Part shown: positions 23,259 to 34,814 of the stretch, piece after piece
How the letters are laid out: each line of letters starts with the position of its first letter
How positions within the stretch are numbered: the stretch's first letter is position 1
DNA from: Bugula neritina
Lineage: Eukaryota; Animalia; Bryozoa
Direction: 5' to 3'
Length of the DNA: 64,000 nt
Assembly (NCBI GenBank): GCA_964035545.1
Contig: OZ037766.1
Span: 25,780,339 to 25,844,338 of the forward strand
The notes under the pieces: generated by a model
Told to the model about the DNA's origin: nothing
Databases searched by the model: none
What the model saw: only the letters and a program-made list of their open reading frames with translations
Program-made: the position numbers and the translations under genes

Positions 23259-26200
23259 ATGAAATTACTCTTTGGACTTTTAACATTGCTGGTGAGTGCC
23301 AAGTATACATTTAATAAGTATAGTATTCTATAGTTAACTTAGCATGTTGTGTAACATAAAACACTGTAGCATTTTTATTACAGTAAAAGTAGTTATATAA
23401 CTTATAAGTACATTATAGGAGTTGATATTTACGTTCACTAAGAGATAACAATATAAGATAAGTTATTTATAATTACTTTATTTATAAGTATACATAGAGT
23501 TACACAAGTTGAAAGCTTGTTTGCTTTTATATAATAACTTTTATTAAGATTTATAAAGTTATTCTTGAGTGAAAAAATATTGTATTTAGATTTTCAAAAC
23601 CATACTTGAGGTGACAAATAAAGGATTGTTGTACATATTTGAAACTTATAGGTTCTATGCTATATTTTTCTCTAAACACTGTTTAAATAATTATAATAAA
23701 ACTCCTTTAGTTACTGTAAAATAGTTCAATTTTTATGTGATGGTAACTACTTTTTATATTTAAGATGACTCAGAATGTTATTTTGGCTACTGACTCATGT
23801 CACGGCTCCTGGTCAAGGTTAGACAGCTCTATACTTATGTTCTGACCTTAAAATTTAATTCATGCTGTTGAATAAAGCAAGTATTAGATGCTGGTTACTA
23901 ACCTCTTAATATAATATTTTTACAGTTTATCATTCAACAAATCTGAAAGGTTTGTTAGTGTTTCCACCTATGTTTATCATATGGAAGCTGACCTGTACAA
24001 CAACAATGGAAGTATTTTGTTTGGCACCCATCAGCATCTTCAAACCACTGATGGAAAAACAACTTTCACACTAGCATCTGATAATTCTATAACTGGGTTT
24101 ACACAAATAAATACTACTCATGTCGCAATGGTACTTAACTATAAACACTGCGTACAAGTTTTGGACCGAAGAAATAACACCATACAGACTTTGGCTGGAA
24201 CATGTGGTAGTTATGGGTTTGTTGATGGCAAAGTGGGTGTAGGAATGCTTTTCTATCCTCACAGCATAGAAAAAGATACCAGAGACCATAAACAGCTGTT
24301 AGTTACTGATTACTCTAACAGAGCATTGCGGTCAATAGATTTAAGCACAGGGGAGCTTGGGACTGTTTTAAATCTTGGGTTAAATTATCCAAGAGGTTTG
24401 ACATGGAAAGGAAACAAGCTATTAGTTGCAAACTACGGTTTTATTTCACAAGTTAGCTGGCTTAGAAATGGCTCTGCTACTGCCATTACGCTTGTTGGTT
24501 CAACTTCTTTGGGCAATGCTGATGGCACCTTCCAAGACGCTAAGTTTGAATATCTCCATGAGCTGGCAGATGTAGGGTCCAACTTTCTTTTAGCTACTGA
24601 ATATGCTTATAACACACTTAGGTTGATAGATTTCAATGATCAGGTGGTAGGACCTGTCTGTTTTAATGAAGAGAATTTTTGTACAGTTAGTAGCAAACTG
24701 CCAGAAAATCCTCAGTCTTTGTTAAAAGTTGGAGATGATCTGTATATTGGAATGAAGCGTGATATCTATAAACTCAATGGTCAGTATAACTTTTGTCAAC
24801 AAAATATATCTTAAATTTTAAATTAAAATTTGAATCTAATAACAAATCAATTCTGTAACTTTTTACAGCATCTATATAGATATTTTGCACCATGTGATAT
24901 AATTTCGATATCAATATACTTATTAAAAGGCATGGATAAGTTTTCTAAACAGTAGCCTGGTTTCTTATTGTTAGATGGTGGCATAATAGTAAAATATTTT
25001 TTCTCAAGGCATCAACCGTCCAAAGTGGTGTCCTTTTGAAAATGTCACAATTTATCTCACTCCTGGAAAATCTACTGAAGAAGTTCATATCTCTGAACAG
25101 GCAAATATATCTGTCCCTGCAGGAGTTCACCAAGTCACGAAGAAACACAACAATCGGTTATGTCCTTACTATGTCACAGTAAAAAGTAACTAGCTAATTT
25201 ATCACAAAGCTGGTGTGCAGTGTGACAATCCGTTTAGAATTGTCTGGGGTCTGAAAATATGGAGATATCTTTCTCTGCCAGAATTAAAGATGAGATGTCC
25301 TGTCGTAATATAATGTTTTTTGAGTGGTTAAAAAGAACTTCATTGTTGAACTGAAGTTTACAAGTGAAGCATCTGCTTGTATATATTAAATCGATATGGT
25401 CTAGAAAATTCTATTGCATTTCACACTGTGCATGAATCTTGTGGAACCTATTCATATAGTACTATAAAGAGTGACTAAGAATGTAAACAAGTATTGCGCA
25501 ATAATAGGGCAACCTAGACTGGCATATGCCATAACACTAAGTTGTTTTAAGTGATATAGGCTAGCACAAGAATATGATATATAATAATTTATATAATAAT
25601 GTATAAAGTAGAATTTGTGACATAATCATATACATTTATGAACTTTGTTCAACCTAATTTACTATTAAATACATATAGTTAGAACTGAGATAATACAAGT
25701 TTAATGCGTTTTATTGTTTTGTAGAGCCAGTGATTAACAGGAGACTGGTTTTCAAATCAACATACGATGTCAAATGTTCTGCTCTGAATAATATCGCCTG
25801 CTCTACATTCCTTGATTCTGTTTTGTGGAAGAAAAAAAGTCAGTTTAACAGAATATGTGAGAATGGTAAATATTGAACTAAACAATGATAGCAAATTTGA
25901 AAAATGATATGTTATACACATACAGTGACGTTAGAGCCGCTATATAGCAAACATCTTCTACTGCGTTTTGAACGTCATTGTTGGATGACTGTCTCATGTA
26001 ACCAGAATTTTGTTTGTGTGCAAGGGAGATACTTGAAAACAATTATAGTATAATATTATACTAAACCTTGGCAGCATTTTCTATTTTATTCATGATGTGA
26101 TTTTTCAACAAAATATTTCTGTCATAATTTAGATTGTGTCATCTCATCTAAAATCAAACCAACTTATGTATGTAAGCGAGATGAACTGACAGTCTATTGG

Positions 26201-26564
26201 CCAACTGACACATTCCTATTTGAGGACACAAAGAAGATACCAGGTGAAATAGAAGCCCGGATAGCCGACAGACTGAAGCACTGTGATATTGCCCACCTGT
26301 TAGAAGTTGCCATCCTATATCATGACCCTCTGTAGGTTCTACTCTACACCTGCATATTAATACTTTATAAAAGCAATACTGTTGTAAGTTTATATACTAA
26401 TGAGCGTTTATAATTTCTAATTTAAAAATATGCATTTTGATTTTTTGAACAGATTTGTTGCTGCTAAGAGCAATGATGCTGGAGAAGTTGTTCACATGAT
26501 ATTAAAGCCTGAATGTTCAGATAACACTCAGGTGTATAATGCTGAAAGAGACGTCTGTATCTAA
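23259..26564 (+). CDS. Secreted NHL-repeat beta-propeller protein, paralog B (signal peptide + NHL + 1 HYR-like repeat + Cys-containing C-terminal domain)
   Basis: Exons 23259-23291, 23765-23817, 23926-24779, 25009-25185, 25725-25865, 26133-26331, 26453-26564 (TAA). Spliced N-terminus MKLLFGLLTLLMTQNVILA-TDSC looks like a signal peptide (an in-frame upstream ATG lies at 23235). NHL motifs: LAGTCGSYGFVDG, VTDYSNRALR, GNADGTFQDAKF. Confidence 0.85.
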
Positions 26565-28393
26565 ACCCTCACTGCTCACCAATGAGACTAAGCAGCCAAG
26601 TTCTGCTGCATAAAGTTGATGACAACTGACCAGGTGAAGATGATTCATGAAATGGCAGTATGCAAAAGAACTTATAATTTACACACTTATTTTAACCCAG
26701 CATACAATTTAGTTTTTCACACTCCACTATTTTCTTATACTTTTACTAACCTTGTTTATACATTAAACATCAAACCTTATTAATATGCTTTCAAGTAAAG
26801 TATAATATTGTATAATAAAAAGTAGCCTGGCTCTAATCTTACTGAACCTTAAGACATCATGTTAACCATACACGCTACTATGCATTACATATAATTACAT
26901 ACTACCCTCTGCCAACTTATCAAATTAACCTAAATTATTCATATGTTGCTAAAGTAATTTCGTCGCTCAGTAAACTAAAGAATGGTTCCATTATTTTTAA
27001 ATCTAAACAATATAATTTGACAGCCAAATGCATGTAATAAATATCGTCTAAAGTTAGTTTACACCTTACTAGAATGAAACAACTTTTGTCTCAATTCGTA
27101 CACTCACTCACTCACTCAAACACCAATATATCTATATTTTAAGAAAGTAAGTAAATACTTGAGCTATAAAACTGAAAGCAGGCAATATTATATGCAACAA
27201 AACTGCGGCACTAAGAACTGTTTATCACCGGAGTTACCATAAACTATTGTATCATTGTAATGCTGGTTTTTTTCAGTAAAGCAAACTTCTCAAAAGTAGG
27301 CAACTGCAATTTGGAATGATACAGGGTCTGCAAATTAAAAATGTCAATTTGAAATTGTGAATTATTTTAACTGTTTTTAATAAAAAAATTCTAATTCAAA
27401 AGTTTCTAACCCAAATAATGACCTTGTTTATTTAACTTGAGTTTTAGTTTTATTTTGACCATTATCACATTCTATAAATTTGGGAGTTGTCTACTTGCCT
27501 GTCCTTTAGCCTCATATCTACTTTCAAGAGACGAATAGATGCGTTTTACTAGAGTCAAAATAGGCAACGGCACTAATTAACCTAGATGATATAGCAGTAT
27601 ATTTATGGTCCATTCAGACTGCTGCTCAAAATGCACTGTCTTCGCTTTTATAAGCTATGGGTTCATCGCTCTAACGTCACATCCCATAGTTGCTGCTGTC
27701 TACATGACAAACAGTGAACCCGTATTTTTCTAAGACGCAGTAAAATCTTCAGACTAATAAGAATGCAGTGAAGTCTTTTCTGCTTAGCAATAAACAGCCA
27801 GCATGTTAAAGTCAGATGTAGTGTTTGCAGCGCTGAGTCAAATAAACCTAATAATAATTATCGCTAGTAGCATGTGAACCAAGTAGAATCGCTCAGCCAA
27901 TTAAGTCTCAACCATCAGCCAATGAAATCAACCCACCGCTAATTGAATTTTTGCTGCAGCTTAAAATTTTACAGCTGTGTCATTCCTAAAAACCGATAAC
28001 AGTTCATTTTAAGAATTGTAGTCTTAAAAAGAAAACTCATTTACAATGATTAGAAGAAGTTTTCAGTTATTTAAGACCTGTCAAACTTTACAGCTTCATT
28101 CTGAGAAAAGGTGTGATGTGTCTATAGGAGTTGTAGGAGTCTGCGTTAATAGGGGTTTATAAGATGGTAGGAACGGCTCATTGGGACTGGACAAGTGAGC
28201 CGCTTTGTCAGTTGTTGTACAGATTGCCAGCAAACTAAGGGAGATAACTCTAAGAGAAATAGAGAAAACCATCATTTATATATATATTTAAATTAAACCA
28301 AGGTGGAATAAAATGTAAAATACAAAAAGTAGTACGGCAAATTGTTTTAGGGTTTATTAAAAAAATTTAGTGGGCGTTACCTGGAAATAACTC

Positions 28394-28618
28394 TTATACT
28401 GAAGGAGTTGTTCTACCCGCACAAACTCCCTTATTGACTGTCGAAAATATTTGTAAAAAGTTCTTCCTTAATGTTGAATTAGCAATAATATAAATGAAGA
28501 AGTTTCCAGTGTGGTTACAACTTTGTAATACAGCTGCAACTTTTTTCCAGGCTTCGAAACTTTTGTTTAAATTGCTAGTATCTGGCATATTCATTAGCAG
28601 TACCAGAAACACAGTGGC
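28394..28618 (-). pseudogene. Orphan terminal exon of a class-A GPCR (end of TM6, TM7, helix 8)
   Basis: Acceptor TTTTAG at 28619, then ATVFLVLLMNM...KVAAVLQSCNHTGNFFIYIIANSTLRKNF...SV*. NFFIY is the NPxxY variant of invertebrate peptide-receptor-like/chemoreceptor GPCRs. No upstream exons found nearby. Confidence 0.65.
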
Positions 28619-29115
28619 CTAAAAGTAGTGTAATTCAGCATTAGAAGCTTATTAATAGCACAAATTAACTTTTGAGCTGTATTTACATTTGAATATGTAT
28701 TTAATCAAAGTATTAAATGGGGACGTAATTTTTGAACAAGTCATGTTTAAAATATTTATCATGACATCTTGCACACTGCTGTCCACATTGCACCCATGCA
28801 CCAATTAGTTAATAGTATAAGATTTTTCTGAAACACACATAAAACAAAATTTATAATTTCTTTTGGTTTTCAGAGTGTAATTTATAGCACAGGTAGTTAT
28901 TTTCAAAAGGAAAGATTGTGCTGTAAATTATGGAAGTTAAACATCTAAAATGAGTGAAATAGAATTGTGCGTTATCCAAATAATGTTAAAGCAAACAAAA
29001 CACTTCAAATTGCAGATTATTGAGCTTTTTATGTACATTGCCATTGGTACACTTTGCAATTACTGTAAGGTTTGGCAGATTTTGAATTTCATCACACTTT
29101 ATGTACACGTCATAG

Positions 29116-29300
29116 GAAGCAACCATGGTCTAGGGGTTAGAGTGTTTGGCTTAGTAAAAATTAACTTGAAGTCATTGGTTCGATCTCCAGTAAAAGCTAT
29201 TGGTGATATTAGAAAGAGTATCCAGTCATAATTGCTCCTGTGCCCCATCTGACTAAGTATTTTGCCCTGTTTTCACAGGGACAGTGACTATAAACTTTCG
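29116..29300 (+). mobile_element. tRNA-derived SINE copy
   Basis: A-box-like GGTCTAGGGGTTAGAG, B-box GGTTCGATCTCC, body shared with the 18741 copy. Confidence 0.72.
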
Positions 29301-29314
29301 GGAGGTTTTTTATG

Positions 29315-29348
<34 letters not shown>

Positions 29349-29444
29349 ACTCACCATTCCTGTGAGAACCCTTAATAGAAAGAGATATTGATTTGTAAAA
29401 GGGCAAAAAACAAAAACATGTTTCATATTGTTGCAAAAAAGCAA

Positions 29445-29557
29445 TTAGGATTGAATAGATGTTATTTCCAACATCACCAATGGCCTTTGCTGAGATTCAA
29501 ACCACTGACCTTGGGTTTAATGAGCCAACGCTCTAACCACTAAACCCCTGCTGCTCC
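29445..29557 (-). mobile_element. tRNA-derived SINE 5' part, inverted
   Basis: Reverse complement reads GGAGCAGCAGGGGTTTAGTGGTTAGAGCGTTGG...GGTTTGAATCTC...CCATTGGTGATGTTGGAA. Confidence 0.68.
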
Positions 29558-30790
29558 GGCCCCTGTTCTAGTGAGTTGAATTTAAGAAGAAATGTTGTGG
29601 GAAACTGCATGTCACAATTTATCAAAGTTTGGTAATATACTTTTAAAGCAACAATGTCCTAAATTTTTGTCTTGCACATACCTGGTTTACAAATTGAAGA
29701 CTTTATCAACTTTAGCAAGTATTGGAATTGGTAAGGAGTTGTCTAACCTGATAGGTCAAACTGTTTTAATTTACTGCAAGTAGTCAAGTATAAGTAGTTA
29801 TGATTGTATGTAAAAACTCAGCTCATTAGACCTCAAAAATTTTTAATGTTATACAGTGTGTGTGCCCATAGCGGAGTCTTACGTCATAGTGGCGTTTAAA
29901 CAGCTGGACAATAAATTTTTGCAAAGGTTGTCAATTAATTATATATTAGTTATTTGATTGATAATTCTGAAAATAAATTATTTGCCTTTTTAGATGCTTT
30001 TTGAATTTTTATTGCTATACTTTGTGAAAGCTTGTAATTACAATTGTTTTTATAAAATATTTAGCCAAAACTACTACTCTTTATGGCTCTTTTTTAATTG
30101 TATCATATATTTGAATAATTGAAAAATACGAAGCAACAATAGTATTGATAAATTATTATGTTATTATATGTATTTGATAAGCTAAAAGTTCTACATAATG
30201 CTGTTGCTTTCTAAAATAAAGTCAACAGGGTTAAACATAAGAGATGATAGGACCAAAAATTATATTGTTTGTATATGACAAAAGTAGTCTAGCGCATCAT
30301 AATACAAATAAAAGTTTGTAGATATAATCAAATAACTGATAAATAATTCACAAACTGTAAAGAATAATGTTATAAAATATCTAGAAAACTTTAATAAAAC
30401 ATGTAGAAAGTAAGTGCAGCACATGCCATATGTGAATCTGTGAATTTAGAAAAACTTTGTTCTTTACATACACTGTAGCAGCATCTCAAGGGAATAATGG
30501 AGGTTTTCACTGCACAATCTAAATAATATACATCATGTTATAAATGTGATAGTAGTGTTGCTATTTATATTCAGAGACAGCAACGTGTTACATAAGAGAG
30601 TTACATGGACATAATACTCGATGACATACTAATTCTTTATATGTAGTTAACATGGCCTCCAAACACAATTTTGATGTGAAACAAGCACTCTTCAAGCAAG
30701 AAGTACTTGCAAAGGAAAATTATCTCACCGGCAGCCATAATGATAACTGAGGCATCATAAAATCTATTTTTATAATGACTCTTTTTACAT

Positions 30791-33700
30791 TTAATGTATG
30801 CTATGTTTAGTGTTACTTACAGGTGGGGTTTCAGGGCCTCTACCACCAGGTCTACTGCCACGAGCTCTACGACCCCTTATTCTAACGCCATCTGGCCCTA
30901 TTCTATTTCTTCTCGCCCTTCTTTCACTTGGACTTAGTCTAGATCTCCGGCCTGTTCTAGGTCCTCGGCCCATTCCAGGTCTTTGACCCATTCCAGGCCT
31001 CTGGCCCATTTCAGGTCCAGGGCCCATTCTAGGTCCCCGGCCCCTTCTAGCTCCTTGGCCTATTCCAGACTCCTGGCCCATTTCAGGTCCCCGGCCTATT
31101 CTAGGTCTTTCACCCATTCCAGACTCCTGGCCCATTTCAGGTCCCCGGCCTATTCTAGGTCTTTCACCCATTCCAGACTCCTGGCCCATTTCAGGTCCCC
31201 GGCCCCTTCTAGCTCCTTGGCCCATTCCAGGTCCTTGGCCCATTTCAGGTCCCCGGCCTATTCCAGGTCCTTGGCCCATTCCAGCTCCACTCCCAATGTC
31301 TATTCTCCTTTCAGGTGACACACTAGCCACTGTAAAATATTTTTAGCTACGATAATTCAGGCCAAATTGCAGTTTAACTTTTGAAGCTGAGAAGCAGTGA
31401 ACAAGCAATCTGCAGCTGATATGCAGGTAGCATGTTTACATTCACCTCAATACTCAGACTGCTAAAGTTCTTGAATAACCTTTCGTTCTTTAAAATAAAT
31501 AAATAATAAATAAATAATACAGCTAAGAAGTTCCTATGTTTACCTACCCATTTGTGTTAATACAATGATGTTGGAATTTTATAGAACATAAATTATTCTA
31601 TAATATGGTGTCTAAAATAAAGGAGATTTTTAAAATCACTATATATATAAATAGAAGTTTATTATTTAGTTTAATATCTAGTTTAATACTAGCTGATGAA
31701 ATGTATGTAGCGAATTGTAGCAAGTTGTGACATGTCATATGGTTTGGTGTGTAGTGTGGTTTGATGTGGTGTAGTGTGGTTTGGTGTGTAGTGTGGTTTG
31801 GTGTGTAGTGTAGTTTGGTGTGTAGTGTGGTTTGGTGTGGTGTAGTGTAGTTTGGTGTGTAGTGTAGTGTGGTGTGGTGTGTAGTGTGGTTTGGTGTGTA
31901 GTGTGGTTTGGTGTGAAGTGTGGTTTGATGTGTAGTGTGGTTTGGTGTGTAGTGTGGTTTGGTGTGTAGTGTGGTTTGGTGTGTAGTGTGATTTGGTGTA
32001 TAATGTGATTTGGTGTGATGGAGTGTGGTTTAGTGTGGTGTAGTGTGGTTTGGTGTATAGTGTGGTTTGGTGTGGTGAAGTGTGGTTTGGTGTGGTGTAG
32101 TGTGGTTTGGTGTGTAGTGTGGTTTGGTGTGTAGTGTGGTTTGGTGTATAATGTGATTTGGTGTGGTGGAGTGTGGTTTAGTGTGGTGTAGTGTGGTTTG
32201 GTGTATAGTGTGGTTTGGTGTATAGTGTGGTTTGGTGTGGTGAAGTGTGGTTTGGTGTGGTGTAGTGTGGTTTGGTGTGTAGTGTGGTTTGGTGTGTAGT
32301 GTGGTTTGGTGTGTAGTGTGGTTTGGTGTGTAGTGTGGTTTGGTGTGGAGTGAAGTGTGGTTTGATGTGTAGTGTGGTTTGGTGTGGTGAAGTGTGGTTT
32401 GGTGTGTAGTGTGGTTTGGTGTGTAGTGTGGTTTGGTGTGTAGTGTGGTTTGGTGTGTAGTGTGGTTTGGTGTGTAGTGTGGTTTGGTGTGTAGTGTGGT
32501 TTGGTGTGTAGTGTGGTTTGGTGTGTAGTGTGGTTTGGTGTGTAGTGTGGTTTGGTGTGTAGTGTGGTTTGGTGTGGTGTAATGTGGAGCAGTAAAGTTC
32601 TTCTGACAACTACTATTATAGTCAATATCTATTCATCTGATTAAAGTGTTATAAAACTCATAGGCACCTCTATTTGCTTGCTGAATCAGCTGTACCCAAA
32701 AGATAGTTTCTTCTTGCACAATGGTGACACTAAAATAGAGGACAAGATACAATACTACATTCACTGGTTATCTCTCAATATGCAAGCGGGAAACATTTTT
32801 ATGCATGTACACAATTGGTGTAAAAAATATTAGTTTACTTTAATTATTAAAGTAACAAACAAAAATTTTCTGTGCGTGTGTGCGTGTGTGCATATATAAT
32901 AAAGTTCTATTTCTCTTACACACAAAACAGACTTCGAGCAGCATTTGCTGGGTCCACTTCAAATATGAATTCTGCTCCTAGTTTCACAGATGCGTCTTGG
33001 TGTGTCGCCCCACGACCATTGCATGCAGACTGGAATGTGGGTGGGGCGTTGGTCAGCCTGCCAACAGCATTCCCGCCGTCATTTCTAACCTGAGCTAACA
33101 GCCCCATAAATCCAGACCCCCTCACAGTCACTACAAAGTCATTATAAAACAGTTAAATACGAGTCATTGGATCATCAAAATGAAAGCTGCTTTAAGCAGC
33201 ACCGAGTTGGTGGTCACTGAGTGCATTGGTTCAGAGCTTTCAGTTGGGTGTCTACCCATCATTTACACTTGCCGTACAGTACGTCATAACATCAAATATC
33301 AGCCATCTTCACAAATGTTTGAGCTTCCTGTACAGCATTGCGGTACATTAGAATCAAGCAGTGCTTGATTCAAACAAGTTGCAGCGAGCTCCTATTGGAC
33401 AGAAAAACTTTTGCGTCAACTCATTGGATGTAATTGTCCAATGAAGTGTCATAAATCATACCTAATAGCAGACTTTGAAAACTTTAGCCCAGACACATTA
33501 AAAATGGCTGATATTTTACGTTACGGCCTACTGTAGGATAAATGTGAATGTATACAAATACTGCACTCAGTCTCCCAACTCAGTGCTGCTTCTAGCAATA
33601 CTCCATCAAAATAAGTCCAATACATAGGTTTAGAAATATTGTGTTGGCATAGTTAGCATCTCATACCACTGTGTCAATTTGTTTTATTTTTTGGTTTACA

Positions 33701-34640
33701 CATATATTATTTCTATTGCATGCTATACTTGATTTAAAACAATGAAAAACATTCATTGTAGAACTAAATTTACCACATCTTTATCTCTTGGTACATTTAA
33801 AAGTGAACATTCTTTAGGCCACCTGTTATGTATTCAATTTTTTAAATTCAGTTTTATAGTAACTTCGAATTAGTGTTATTTTATTTAGCAATTTTCAGAT
33901 AAGATACATTCTCTACATAAGTACCATGTGCTATCAATAAAGTTTCTTTAAACTTGAGAAATAAAGCTCTAGACTCTTCAAACCAAAACACTGATATAGA
34001 TTTAGCCTTTACTATTTTTTTATTTAAAACTATAATTGCTGTAGCTAAGCGCTTTGTCGTTACATCATACTTATAATATTACCTAATAATAACACCTAAC
34101 AATGCAACGCAGCTTAAAGTACATATATCCAAAACTATCTCTTTGAGTTATATGTTGAAATTCACTTGAGGGAAAGAGAGAATTGAACTTTTTAAAAAAA
34201 AACAGGTACCATTTAACTTTATAACACCTATATTTTACAATCTCAATAAATAAAGTCTAAACTAACACGGGTAAAACGATCCGTGATTCTTAGAAAGTTA
34301 CAAGCTTAATGCTGAAAATATGAATGCACACCTAACATACCTATAAGGCAATGATCTCTACTACTCATCAGATTCGAATGAGCCTATAGGCTGAAAAATG
34401 TACATTTTAGCAGTTTCAGTTTTTTGCTAAAAGATTAACAAAGGAAACTGCGCAGCACCTACTTCTAACTCTGTTGGCATTTTGTTCACAGGTGATAGTG
34501 TAGGGGGAGAGAGAACTACTTCGTGCTGTTGCACCTTCATGTTTTGGGATCATGTTGGTACAAGCTTGAAATGGAGCTCCGTTTGGAAATGCCAGTATGA
34601 TGGGACACCAGAAGATGACTATCGCCCAGTGTAACAGCAT
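30791..34640 (-). CDS. Secreted Reeler-domain (defense-protein-like) protein with Gly/Pro/Met/Gln/Arg hexapeptide-repeat tail
   Basis: Exons 34640-34463, 33130-32920, 32729-32668, 31329-30791 (or spliced at the GTAAGT donor after 30821 to a short last exon). Signal peptide, then FPNGAPFQACTNMIPKH...SPYTI...GFMGLLAQVR...VGR...ATHQDAS...TIVQEETIFW, which are Reeler hallmarks. Confidence 0.82.
31740..32582. repeat. 15-bp G/T-rich minisatellite (GTGTAGTGTGGTTTG)n
   Basis: About 840 bp tandem array inside a Reeler-gene intron; produces the spurious HTKPHYTPN ORFs. Confidence 0.97.
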
Positions 34641-34729
34641 CTTCTTAGTTTTATGGCTGTATGCAAGAGATTTCTAGTGTATTTCTAATATTAAAAAATC
34701 AACATACTATAACAAAGCATTATAAAAAA

Positions 34730-34814
34730 CTCATGCAATTTTATAGCCATGCACTATCCCTGAAAGAAGTCCTGGTGAAAAGGGTTTTTTAACAACTTAC
34801 TCATATGTGGCACA
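34730..34814 (-). mobile_element. 3' fragment of the same SINE family
   Basis: Reverse complement matches 18856-18942 (TGTGCCACAT...AAAAAACCCTTTTCACCAGG...CAGGGATAGTG...TTGCATGAG). Confidence 0.62.

Noticed and set aside
29480-29557. Possible tRNA gene
   Set aside because: A/B-box-like motifs are present but no complete cloverleaf, and it continues into a body shared with other dispersed copies, so it is a SINE head.
30798-31318. Plus-strand repeat ORFs (HSRLLAHFRS...)
   Set aside because: Antisense shadow of the 18-nt coding repeat on the minus strand.
31735-32625. 296-aa HTKPHYTPN repeat ORF; possible telomere-like or CRISPR-like array
   Set aside because: Pure 15-bp minisatellite without spacers and not a TTAGGG-type repeat; it lies within a phase-consistent intron of the Reeler gene.
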